Of a stretch of DNA of 64,000 bases, positions 30,171-40,638 are shown in pieces; within the stretch, counting starts at the first letter, position 1; each line of letters opens with the position of its first letter. A program made the position numbers and the translations under genes. A model generated the notes under the pieces. That model saw only the letters and a program-made list of their open reading frames with translations. It had not been told where the DNA came from and ran no database searches. The stretch comes from a virus (Duplodnaviria > Caudoviricetes): IMG/VR virus record IMGVR_UViG_3300001598_000004, positions 1 through 64,000 of that record; one strand, given 5' to 3'.

Positions 30171-31103
30171 TTAGCGTATGAGAGAAGCGAATTTCTCTGC
30201 CGCCTTATGTAATGCTTTAAGTTTCTCGCAAGCAACGGATACTATGGTGTTGAGATCCTTCGCTTCACAACCATAACCACCGCTATACGTTGCGCTGAAA
30301 TATCGGTACTTGACACCTTCATCCGTGCTCCATTGTAACCTCTCGCCGTATATGCTTTCAATCTCATTAGCATACTCATGGATCGAATTGAACACCTCGT
30401 CGGTATCCTTTTGGTCGGGGTAATGGATCACCGCCTTGATAGTGAATGCGTCTTTCTTCGCACTAATGCTAAGATAGTATCGACTACCGTAACCAATACC
30501 TGCATCAAGCCAGTAGTCGGTAAGGTATTTCCTCTCTTTTGCGAATGGAGCGAAGTGTTCAGATTGACACTTAGCAATGAATGCCTCCCAGAATAGCTTG
30601 AGCGAATTGTTTATAGGTGATAATTCGGCTATTTCGACGGCTCTCTCAGGTTTTACTATTGTATTGAATAGAATTGCTGGCAAGGAGTCATCTATGGCGA
30701 TAGCCGACGCTTTTACAAGGAAGAATACACATCCGTTAAAGAAGTTCTTGTTGAGCGTTTCGAGTGCCGAAATATGTTCTTCCCTTGCTTCTTCGACAAT
30801 CCATATCGCAACTTTCGCACCAACTGTTGACGCATAGGTCACTACTTTGCCCAAATGGTCGTGGTCGCTTGATCCATACTGATTTTCTATCACTACCTTG
30901 CAATCTTCTGAGTCACCTATCTGCGCTACAATGTCAACGAAACAGGTAGTCAGCAAATGTTCTCTCTCAGGATTAGTTATCTCTATCCCTACTGCGGCAC
31001 TAAGAAGATCCAAGTGATGTGTCAGCCACGGCGTAAAGTCGTGAGCTTCATGCTTAAACACCTCGTTAAGGCGTAGATTTTTCAAAGTTCCTGTTTTCTC
31101 CAT
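30171..31103 (-). CDS. PD-(D/E)XK-like nuclease with DUF4268 domain (moron)
   Basis: HEAHDFTPWL, VDIVA...VVIENQYGSSDHDHLGKVVTYA motifs; own TAACTTTG element at 31109-31116. Confidence 0.75.
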   Translation of the reverse strand: MEKTGTLKNLRLNEVFKHEAHDFTPWLTHHLDLLSAAVGIEITNPEREHLLTTCFVDIVAQIGDSEDCKVVIENQYGSSDHDHLGKVVTYASTVGAKVAIWIVEEAREEHISALETLNKNFFNGCVFFLVKASAIAIDDSLPAILFNTIVKPERAVEIAELSPINNSLKLFWEAFIAKCQSEHFAPFAKERKYLTDYWLDAGIGYGSRYYLSISAKKDAFTIKAVIHYPDQKDTDEVFNSIHEYANEIESIYGERLQWSTDEGVKYRYFSATYSGGYGCEAKDLNTIVSVACEKLKALHKAAEKFASLIR

Positions 31104-31237
31104 GAGTGCAAAGTTAAGACAATGTACCAAAAGACCTAAATTTGCACTATTATTATTGTATATTATTAACTGACAGATGGCAGATTTTAAGAGATATTGA
31201 GAAATAATAAAACTAACCTTTTTATACGCTTTTATAT

Positions 31238-31345
31238 CTTAATTTCTCTTAAAAACATTAGTTTTCTACTAAAATTATATTAAATAATGATTAGTTTTCA
31301 ATGTTATATGATTAATTCTATATAATTTTAGACCATCAAACATTT
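31238..31345 (+). promoter_or_regulatory. Early promoter cassette 2
   Basis: 23 bp (31238-31260) identical to 34331-34353; TGATTAGTT at 31288; TAATTTTA at 31323. Confidence 0.7.
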
Positions 31346-31377
31346 ATCAACATTTTTAATCATAGGAGATTTACACA

Positions 31378-31575
31378 ATGGCACAGAAGTTTTCTCTTGT
31401 CGGCATCGACGGCAACGCCTTTTCGATCATGGCTTACGTTTCATCTTGCATGAGGGAAGTAGGTTACACTCGCTCGGACGTAATCGAATATCGATCATTG
31501 GCAACATCATCAAACTACCACAACCTTAACGTTGTAAGCGCAAGCTACATCGACAAGTGTAACAACAGACTTTAA
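31378..31575 (+). CDS. Conserved small phage protein
   Basis: LVGIDGNAFSIM motif. Confidence 0.65.
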   Translation: MAQKFSLVGIDGNAFSIMAYVSSCMREVGYTRSDVIEYRSLATSSNYHNLNVVSASYIDKCNNRL

Positions 31576-31607
31576 TCATTAACATCTAAAAATAGGAGAT
31601 TTACATT

Positions 31608-32519
31608 ATGACAACAACAGCAGTTTCTTCAATCATCGACGGTTCTCAGTTCTTTAGCTTTGAGAAGGTTCGCGTACAAGACATCACTTTCGATCAGCTC
31701 TGCCACACGGTCAAGGAGAATGACGTTAACACCCAACAGGCACTCAAGGGTATCTATCACTACGCCTTCATTCAGGAGGTCTTGGATATGTGCAAGGAGT
31801 TCGGTTACACCCCTGAGATTTACGATCTCTTCGCTGCTCAGAATAAGAACGGCAACACCCCTGGTGTTTCCCTCATCCCATTCATCGAGGAACAGAAGGG
31901 CGAGCGTCACGTTGAAGCACACCTTCTTCGTCGCGTATTCGCCAATGTGCGCCTTGTCGATTTCGACGATGAGGAAAATACCACGAACCTCTCTATCGCT
32001 TACTATCAGCGCGGTATTCAGGTCGGCTTCGGCAACATGGTCAAGATATGCCACAACCAGTGTATGCTCGGTGCGGATAGATACGCCAGCACCTATGGCG
32101 AAGGTGGAGACATGGGTCGCCGCGACTACAAGGAGATCCTTAGTGTCATCCGCAGCTGGCTCACCGACGCACGTCACATCGTTGAAACGGATCGCGAGCG
32201 CATTGAGAAGATGAAGGCTATCGACGTACCCGCAGAGCAGTGCTTCACCCTAATCGGTATGCTCACCGCAGCTCGAGTCGCTCACGATACTACTTTCAAG
32301 GAGATCCGCAAGCCTGACATCTACCCACTCAATCAGGCTCAGATTACCGACTTCACGGAAGATTTGATGCTCCGCTATCATCGCAACGACAGGGTATCGG
32401 CTTGGGATCTTTACGATGCCGCTACCGAACTCTACAAGGCGAAGGCGATGGACATCCCTTCTATCCTTCCTCAGAATAGGGCAATGGTTGCATTCTTGGA
32501 GGAACAATTCGCATTCTAA
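31608..32519 (+). CDS. DUF932-like protein
   Basis: QVGFGNMVKICHNQC and WDLYDAAT motifs. Confidence 0.55.
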   Translation: MTTTAVSSIIDGSQFFSFEKVRVQDITFDQLCHTVKENDVNTQQALKGIYHYAFIQEVLDMCKEFGYTPEIYDLFAAQNKNGNTPGVSLIPFIEEQKGERHVEAHLLRRVFANVRLVDFDDEENTTNLSIAYYQRGIQVGFGNMVKICHNQCMLGADRYASTYGEGGDMGRRDYKEILSVIRSWLTDARHIVETDRERIEKMKAIDVPAEQCFTLIGMLTAARVAHDTTFKEIRKPDIYPLNQAQITDFTEDLMLRYHRNDRVSAWDLYDAATELYKAKAMDIPSILPQNRAMVAFLEEQFAF

Positions 32520-32812
32520 TTCATTCAGTATTCACTCACAGGGAGGGGTCTTACGGCTTCTCCCTCTTAATTCTTTTCATCCATTATGAGCAAACTTATA
32601 TGTTTCCAGACAGACACTTATGTTAGGGTTTCGGAAATTGCAATGGTGCAAATCATACACCCTACCGAAAAACGTGATGCCCTTCTTCTCACCTTGAAGG
32701 GAAACTCAATGTCACAGCAATTCAACTTCAACGGCACAACAGCAGAAAACAACGCTGCTGTAAAGAAGTCTTACGACTACATAATCTCAGCTATCGAAAA
32801 GGAGGACGAACA

Positions 32813-32992
32813 ATGAAAGCAAAGGTAGGCGACAAAATCCGCATCAATCATCTATGCGGAGAAAACGACAGATATGACGGCAAAGTCGGCATTATCACTC
32901 ACATCGACGGAATAGGACAGCTACACGGCACTTGGGGCGGTCTCGCAGTTATTCCAGAAGAAGATTCATTCACAATTCTATCTAACACTTAA
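32813..32992 (+). CDS. DUF4314-like protein
   Basis: Manual ORF: GIITHIDGIGQLHGTWGGLAVIPEED. Confidence 0.7.
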   Translation: MKAKVGDKIRINHLCGENDRYDGKVGIITHIDGIGQLHGTWGGLAVIPEEDSFTILSNT

Positions 32993-33334
32993 CAGTTAAC
33001 ACTATACGACTATGGTAAAAGTATTTTTCACACTAACAGACGAGACTCTTGAGCAACTCGCCAGTCTCGAGACATTTATAAAGAACGCAGAAGGCGGTAA
33101 CCCTATTAAAGCAATGGCGGTACTCTCAGGGGTAAATATTCTCCAAGCCAACCACAAGGGCGGTCACGATGCGCTCTGCCTCGACATTCTCAGTAAAGAA
33201 GGAGATAAGCATGCTCAGGATTTATGGAACGATTCATTAGATATTCTCATTCTTCTTGCCGCAAAAGCATCAATTATGGAACACGAAGCTAAAGAAGCCG
33301 CTTCTCAAACAACAAACTAAACATCTGTACAATT

Positions 33335-33937
33335 ATGCCAAACCACGTAAGAAACATTGTCAGAACGGCTAAATTCGCCGATTTTGAAAAGATTAAAGAA
33401 CTTATCGTTAACGATAAAGGCGAAGTAACCTTCAAAAAGGTTATTCCTATGCCAGCTACGCTACACATTAAGTCAAGCACCGATGTTACAAAAGGATTAA
33501 AGATCCTCGACTTGATGAGATTAGGCGCAATGAAAGAAAATGCTATCTCACAAGTATTCGGCGACGACTACGACACGAAGAGAGTCGAGAAATGTATCCG
33601 TCTTGGTCACATCGCAAGATACAACATTGCGAAATACGGCTACGAAACTTGGTACGATTGGTGTCGTGCTAATTGGGGTACGAAATGGAATGCTTATGAG
33701 AGCAAAATCTTGGATGATAGCCTTTCATTTTGGACAGCTTGGAATACGCCAATACCTTTCTTTACTGCCCTCTCAAAGGCTCTGCCTGACATTACAATAC
33801 GGGTTGATTATGCCGACGAAGATACAGGTTACAACTGCGGCACTCTAAAACTCGTCAACGGCGAATGCCATGAAGATTGTTTTGAAGGTGGATCTGACGA
33901 AGCTGTAGAGTTCGCCGATAACGTTTGGAGTATGTAA
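33335..33937 (+). CDS. DUF1281/YubB-like ferredoxin-fold protein
   Basis: WYDWCRANWGTKWNA and FWTAWNTP motifs. Confidence 0.7.
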   Translation: MPNHVRNIVRTAKFADFEKIKELIVNDKGEVTFKKVIPMPATLHIKSSTDVTKGLKILDLMRLGAMKENAISQVFGDDYDTKRVEKCIRLGHIARYNIAKYGYETWYDWCRANWGTKWNAYESKILDDSLSFWTAWNTPIPFFTALSKALPDITIRVDYADEDTGYNCGTLKLVNGECHEDCFEGGSDEAVEFADNVWSM

Positions 33938-34203
33938 AATCATTAGTCTATGAAGAAGATATATAAGCTCACGAATAAGACAACTGGTAGATACCACTTC
34001 TACCGAAACGTAAAGGCGATCCTTGAACTCAATCCTATTTGCACACATACAGGATCTCTATACAACGCTTTCTCACTTGGGAACGGCGTATTTGAAAACG
34101 ACAAGTACAAGGTAGAGAAGTTGGATGTAAAAGATGCCGTTATTGATGGTATGGAAATCAAATTCGTCGATAGCCTGTTTGTAGTAGATTAGTCTTAGAT
34201 ATA

Positions 34204-34270
34204 GCAAAAGGACGTGCCGATAATGCACGCCCTTTTGTTGGGCACGCTCGCCCTTGTAATCTCTAAAACG
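34204..34270 (-). ncRNA. Putative ~65-nt sRNA with its own promoter and terminator
   Basis: TTTG (34303-34306)-N20-TACCTTTG (34275-34282) on minus strand; hairpins GGGC/GCCC and 34205-34237. Confidence 0.55.
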
Positions 34271-34330
34271 GATGCAAAGGTAACAAAATAAGACTAAACC
34301 ACCAAACACAAGAATAAACACCCGACTCTT

Positions 34331-34440
34331 CTTAATTTCTCTTAAAAACATTAAGTTTTCTGTAAATTTTTATTAAGAATTAATCACTATCTAATCCAAT
34401 CTGATTAGTTCTTTATAATTTTAGGACATCAATCATTTTA
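34331..34440 (+). promoter_or_regulatory. Early promoter cassette 3
   Basis: TGATTAGTT at 34402, TAATTTTA at 34416. Confidence 0.7.
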
Positions 34441-34458
34441 AACATAGGAGATTTAGAA

Positions 34459-35845
34459 ATGACACAGCAACTTTACATTGAGATTTCTCAGACCTTAAAA
34501 GGTATGGATCTCGTCGGTTACTCTACCAAGCAGATGAAGCAGACCTTACTCGCTCGCAAGACTTGGGATAAGGACATCAACCCATTCTGGAAGCGCGTCG
34601 ACAAGGGAGAGTTCACTCTTCACGAATTCATGGTAGCTCTCCGCAAGGCTTTCAAGGAGTTCAAAAGCATATTCTATCAACCAGAGTCTTACGAGGCTTG
34701 GGGCGAAGAGATTTACAACAACTAAAGTCACACATAAATTTATTAGTTATGAAAAAGTACGTACTTTTTTGGGAAGATAAATGTTTTGAATTCTCATCCC
34801 TTACAGAGTTAAATATCGACTATAATGAGCTTGGTCAGATAGTTTATGTAAGCCGTAAAGAATAACAGTTATGAAGCAAGACGACATCAACAAGTTAGGA
34901 ACTATCGTTTCAAAGCTCGAAAACTTTATCGAAAGCCTCGGTGAGCAGATCGATAATCGCAACGACATCTACGACAATCGCTCGGAAGAATGGCAGGATA
35001 GCGAGAAAGGTGAGGAGTACCAAGAAGAGACCGAAAGGCTCGAAGAGGACATGACCGAATTAGAGAACGCTCGCGATTACATTCAGGGCGTATTAGACTT
35101 CTACCTCTAATAGGAGATTTACATTATGGAACACGCACTCATTAACATCGTATCAGCGAAGCTCATCAAGGGCATCGCTGATCTTTCAGTGAGCGAAGCT
35201 CGCTCATTCAACATCAATATTGCCGTCGGCAACCACAAGTACACGGCAGAGTATTTTCACGGCACTTTCGAGAAAGATGGATCTTACGACATCCTCCCTG
35301 GTATTCGCGTTTGTATTGATGACGCGCCTTACGGTCTTGGCGAGAAATGTCACGTTAACGTCGCTTGTCGAATAGACGCTATCGTAGCCAAGTCAGACGA
35401 ATACAAACGCCTACAAGACATCTTCGATGAACGATTAGAAAAATTAGAAAGGTTCATGCACGGAGATAAGTTTTAACCTACTAAATGAATGCTTATGTTA
35501 CTACAGGAATTTATCGACCGCACAGGGTACTACCCTAATGACGTAGAATGGGAACGAATCACACAGGAGTATTCGGAGGGAAAAGACGACAAGGATCATT
35601 TCTGCCGTAGATGGCGCAGACTCTCATTAAAAGGAGCTTCCGAACGCGCCGTCAACCTTCTCCTTCAAAAGAACATTCAAATCAAGGATTTGGAAGAGCA
35701 TATCAAGAAGATCCAAAAGGAGCAAGCCGCATACAAGGACAAGGTTCGCAATCTTGAGGATGAGATCACGGCTCTTATGAGCGAACTACAAAAGGTTCAG
35801 CGCAACTTGATGCAACTATACAACAACCTCGCACCATTATCATAA
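34459..35845 (+). other. Early hypothetical ORFs (34459-34725, 34871-35110, 35126-35476, 35489-35845)
   Basis: ORF track; two are preceded by ATAGGAGATTTA. Confidence 0.6.
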
Positions 35846-35860
35846 CAAATCTATAACATT

Positions 35861-36466
35861 ATGGCAAAAACCGCTCACACATTACCCAAGCCTTCTCCTA
35901 TCAAGAAGCAATTCGATGAGTTGAAGGCGAAACATCCCGACGCACTACTCCTTTTCAGATTAGGCGATTTCTACGAAACTTACGAAGATGACGCAACAGC
36001 CGCCGCAGGGATTCTTGGGATCACCTTAACACGTCAGAACGACAGGAACATCGCAGGTTTCCCATATCACGCTCTTGACTCTTATCTGCCGAAGCTGATC
36101 CGTGCGGGAAAGAGAGTTGCCATTTGCGACGCATTGGAAACGTCCGAGGGTAAAACAGAACAAGTCGCCAAAACAATCGTAACCCCAAACAACAATCAAG
36201 AAGAAACCGATATGACACAAGAAGAAATGACAAAGCAGATCGAGGATGTAAAGCGCGAAGCACAGGACAAGATCCTCGCTATCGCATCCGAAACAATCAA
36301 GGCACTCAACGGCAAGCTGCCTCTAACACTCAACAGTTACTTCGCGAAGGCTATCGGCGAGCTACAGCTCATAAAGCTCAAGAACAACCTTAACGCGGAG
36401 ATAACGAAAGCCGAAATGGCTTACCTTATCGAATGGGCTGAAAAAGGCTTAAATCACGGCAAGTAA
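35861..36466 (+). CDS. Protein with isolated MutS domain I
   Basis: [29 protein letters not shown]...[25 protein letters not shown]. Confidence 0.85.
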   Translation: MAKTAHTLPKPSPIKKQFDELKAKHPDALLLFRLGDFYETYEDDATAAAGILGITLTRQNDRNIAGFPYHALDSYLPKLIRAGKRVAICDALETSEGKTEQVAKTIVTPNNNQEETDMTQEEMTKQIEDVKREAQDKILAIASETIKALNGKLPLTLNSYFAKAIGELQLIKLKNNLNAEITKAEMAYLIEWAEKGLNHGK

Positions 36467-36469
36467 GCA

Positions 36470-36631
36470 ATGAGTATAAGAATTACTTACGAATGGTGCG
36501 CCAACTGCCGAGAAGAGGTTGTAATCATGGCAATTAGGTACAGGACTCAAACCTGTCCTAATTGCGGCGCACCTATCAAAGCCTGTAACCTATGCGATCC
36601 ACACACATCATGTAAACAATGTAAAAAGTAA
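36470..36631 (+). CDS. Cys-rich zinc-finger protein (53 aa)
   Basis: Manual ORF with CANC, CPNC, CNLC and CKQC. Confidence 0.6.
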   Translation: MSIRITYEWCANCREEVVIMAIRYRTQTCPNCGAPIKACNLCDPHTSCKQCKK

Positions 36632-36635
36632 CAAT

Positions 36636-38523
36636 ATGAAAAACGAGAAATCAGAAGAAATTAGACAGTCCTTTCTTTCCTTTTTAGGATACCAATCTGT
36701 CATTGAGTTTTTTGAAAAAGATCCAATACCTGACGAGTCTCCTAAGGTAGCCGAGACGCACAAGAAGATACAGCAGATTATCAAAGATGATCGAGACATA
36801 GTTATGACGATATTCATCATGTCTTGGAATGAGTGCTGTAACGCGAACAAGTTCCTTTCTGGAAAAGGTAAGGATCTCATCAAACTCGCCCTCAAGGGTG
36901 CGCCTTCTATTGAAGAAGCATTTAGTCTTGGGCGCAAGTTAGGTCTATCTGATGAAGAGATATATAACGTAATGGAAGAATAGATATGGAGAAAGCATAC
37001 GACAGGCGTAGGTTAAAGAAATGGATCAAAAAACATTCTCATAATTAAGTTATCATAGTATGGCTATTAATATAAAACAGAACGATTATGTTCAACCAAC
37101 AGAGATCAGAGATTACGTTGTGCAAGGTATTTGTGATTCATTCCTGAATGAATGCGACTACCACCCAAGACAAGAAGGCTACTACAGACACGCTACACCA
37201 TACATCTGGAGAAGTAAGCCAGACGGGACTTTTGATAAGTTTAGAACCGATTTCGTAAATAACGAAAAGATAGAGACAATCAAGTTTAACGGTGCGGAAA
37301 TGAAACAAGCATTTAAGGAACTGATCAATGCGGGGTATTTTATGTTCAAAGTATATAAGTACGGTACATGGCTCACTTATCGCTGCTCAAAGAAACCAGA
37401 ACTATTTGGATATACCCAATCCAGATACTCACGCGTTACAGAATTTAACGAATTTATAGATTAAAATATAACTAACATGGAACATAGTGAAGCATATAGT
37501 TATTACATCTATTCCTCTTCCAATGAGCCTGATGAAAAGATCGGGAAATTAGTGAATCTCGTCAAGGATATTCATTTCCTTTGGGCAACGGAGGACGACG
37601 CGGCTGAATGCCTCTATCATAGTAGGATCACTACAAAATCAGATATTACTTACGGCACGCATTATTTCAGCATCAAGTTAGAGAATAATGATAAAGACCA
37701 ACTCATAAGGGATTGTATCGCCTTCTCTCGCAGATTGGAAGCTCCACCAATCAAGGAGATCCCCCTACCCCCTTCATCCTTGAAGCTCTACCTCGTTCAC
37801 GAAGAATGGGAGCATATAGACGAGAATAAGCGAAGCAGTTCAGAAGTATTCCCTACGAAAGAGGCAGCATTTGCCTATGTAGAAGGCGAATTAAAAGGAT
37901 GGGATAAGGAATATTACGACCCCGAAGGGAACAACTTTGACAAACGCCTTGAGATAGATAGCAAAGACAGACCGATGTGGGAATGGTCGAGGGCTACATC
38001 AGAGTACGAACATTGTTACGATATATATGTAACGGAAGTATCATTAGAAATCCCAATGAATCTATTATGAAAGATATTCAATTAACAGAGAAGGAGCAGG
38101 AGGCTCTTGAAAAACTCGCGAAGGTCAGCAAGATGGATTGTTGGTTCTCGATAGATGAGTTTGGTGTGTGGGATCGGGAAAATAAAAAGCATATCAATAC
38201 AAGCGAAGCCATCATCGAACTCCTCGATGGGGCTACTTATAGCGACATCCTTCACACTGGTCCAGACGAAGCGTATATCATAATTAACCTACTGATAAAA
38301 ATCATCAACAATGAAACAGATTACAGTAAAAGAAATGGCGGCTGCACTCGCAGCAGAAGTCAAAAAAGGTAACGGCGACAAGATCCTTATTGCGCCAAGC
38401 GATAACGAAGGGAACGAATATCACGGGGTGTTCTTTACTATTTCGGATGCCGAGGGTGTTGACGAGGATTTCATCGGCGATAGCAATGAATTAGATCCTA
38501 AGAAGCTAATGATTATCGGGTAG
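36636..38523 (+). other. Early hypothetical ORFs (36636-36983, 37060-37464, 37477-38070, 38067-38372, 38311-38523)
   Basis: ORF track. Confidence 0.6.
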
Positions 38524-38528
38524 AAAAG

Positions 38529-38557
38529 ATAGGGCGGATCAAGCATCTGCCCTATCG
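38529..38557 (+). terminator. Hairpin
   Basis: GATAGGGC...GCCCTATC. Confidence 0.6.
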
Positions 38558-38606
38558 CTATAATCTCCGTAAGTATCTGGTTATCAGTTCTTAATGTATC
38601 TTAAAT

Positions 38607-38700
38607 TGATTAGTTTTCTACTTAAAATATATTAAGTTTTGATTAGTTTTTAATAGTAGTTGATAGAAAATTATTAATTTTAGAATGTCAAACATAATTC
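38607..38700 (+). promoter_or_regulatory. Early promoter cassette 4
   Basis: TGATTAGTT at 38607 and 38640; TAATTTTA at 38675. Confidence 0.6.
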
Positions 38701-38728
38701 ATTCACTAATTAATAGGAGATTTACATT

Positions 38729-39822
38729 ATGGAGTCAAACTACAACCCTTACACACTACCTTGCGCTCCTTCTTTCACAATCGAGGAGGAAGAGGAAGAG
38801 CCAAAGCTCACACCAAAGCACAGGGATCTACTTAGACGTTTACAGACCCTATTTCCCGAAGCTAACATAGACGAAGATTTCATCCAAATGCGCAATAGAG
38901 GCGGTTGGGTGTATGCGGAAGGAGTAGGGATCTCTTACCGAAGAGTCACATCATCATACGCAGATGGTCCAGAATTTGACTACTCTAAGGAAATCGCACA
39001 GATCCTTTGCAACTCAGGCTTCGAGGCAGCTGGCTACTACACAAGCGGTTGTGATGAGCGCAACTTCGAGAACCACGAAACATTCTACTACATCGAAATT
39101 TCATCCATTAAATACCTATAAGCTATGACACAGACAATGTACGCGCTCGCTCCACAATTCTTCATCTTTGGCAGCGACGGCAATATCAGAGCAAACAGTT
39201 ACACTAAGCAAGTACTTGGCTCTTGGAAGAAGATTGAACCACGAAAGGATTTCATAGAAAGGCATCGCAACAAGCACACAGGGCATATAAGCCGTAGTCT
39301 CGTTTTATGCGCGACGCGTTTGTCAAAGCCTTATACATCATCGACCTTAAATCCTTCGGCACATTCACCGCCTACTCTCGACAGGAAGCAAAGGAAACAC
39401 TTTCCGACATCGCCCACAGAGAAGGCATCGCAATCAAACGGTAAAAGAGATAACAACGCGTTGAATAGCAGACGAATTTCTTATCATTTCTTTGAGGACT
39501 ACTGCTTTACCAAAAACCTGAAAGAAAGAAGTTGGCACTAACTATATAGCCGCCTGAGACAACAGGATAATCCGTAGATAGCGACACTAATTGAGGACAG
39601 CGATACAAACCTTTTCTACTTCAAAACATATCAGATATGAAAACAGCTTACGATTTTCGCGAATTAGTGCTGATTGACGATGCTACACCCTACGGCGGCA
39701 AGTCGCACAGCGAAGAAACTCTCGAAGAGTTTATGATAGAGATAAACAAATCAATTCACACCCCTATTAACGAGGTTAACAAGTGGCTCGTTGAATGTGG
39801 GATACAACCTATTAAAGCATAA
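38729..39822 (+). other. Hypothetical ORFs (38729-39121, 39125-39541 uncertain, 39637-39822)
   Basis: ORF track. Confidence 0.5.
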
Positions 39823-39826
39823 CATC

Positions 39827-40615
39827 ATGGCAGTAACTTACGAAACACTTAAATCATTTTGCGCAGATGAATACGCTCTGAGACCGCAGCTCCATTACGC
39901 TATCAAACGAGGAGAATATTGGTGGGCTTCCGATGGATACCGCATTATATGTGTGCCTATGAATCAGACGCAACAAGGAGATATGAGATTCTTGTGCGAC
40001 GAAATGCCAAACGATGCGGGCGCATACCCTAATGTCGAGAGCATTATCGACGTAAAAGGCTTCAAGTCTAAGTTCACAATCAAGGTTTCCGCAATCAAGG
40101 ATGCAATGTCGAATCTACCCAAGATCGACGCATACGCCGAAGTTAAACGCGAACTCAATTTCATTGAATGCCCCGAATGCGACGACGGCGAGATTGAGAT
40201 TGAAGATTCTGTTTACTACAAGGGAAATAGATACGAACTTATTGCGACCTGTCAATGTCCTATATGCCACGGCTACGGTAAAATACCAGACGTTGAAGGG
40301 TACGATCCAGATTGCGACGACTATGATCCCGATGAAGCCAGCACATACATCGAAATGGTAAAAACAGGGCGCAAGATACCCGATCTTGAAAACACGATGC
40401 TCCATATCAAAGGCACAGCTTACATCAAATCATCGAATTTTAACAGCCTTTTGCGCGTAGCAAATGAACAAGGCGTTAGTGAAATTGAATGTGCTGGCGG
40501 TAATTACAATTCATGCGTTGTTTTCCGTATGAATGGTGTAATAGTTGGTCTTATGCCAATGATTAAGGGTAAAAGCGACAAAAGGACTGTCAGACGAATC
40601 AAAATAGAGGAATAA
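39827..40615 (+). CDS. Beta-clamp-like protein with Zn-finger insertion
   Basis: WASDGYRII and YPNVESII clamp-like motifs; CPEC...CPICHGYG. Confidence 0.4.
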   Translation: MAVTYETLKSFCADEYALRPQLHYAIKRGEYWWASDGYRIICVPMNQTQQGDMRFLCDEMPNDAGAYPNVESIIDVKGFKSKFTIKVSAIKDAMSNLPKIDAYAEVKRELNFIECPECDDGEIEIEDSVYYKGNRYELIATCQCPICHGYGKIPDVEGYDPDCDDYDPDEASTYIEMVKTGRKIPDLENTMLHIKGTAYIKSSNFNSLLRVANEQGVSEIECAGGNYNSCVVFRMNGVIVGLMPMIKGKSDKRTVRRIKIEE

Positions 40616-40638
40616 ACAATCTTAAAAAAGTAAACAAT

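Noticed and set aside
34261-34270. GTTTTAGAG on the minus strand at the start of the putative sRNA, resembling a type II-A CRISPR repeat (RNA anti-CRISPR idea)
   Set aside because: Only 9 nt match, the rest does not resemble that repeat, and Bacteroidales Cas9 repeats differ; likely chance.
34073-34351. 92-aa hydrophobic minus-strand ORF as a type I toxin
   Set aside because: It starts upstream of the predicted promoter, runs through the terminator and overlaps a plus-strand gene.
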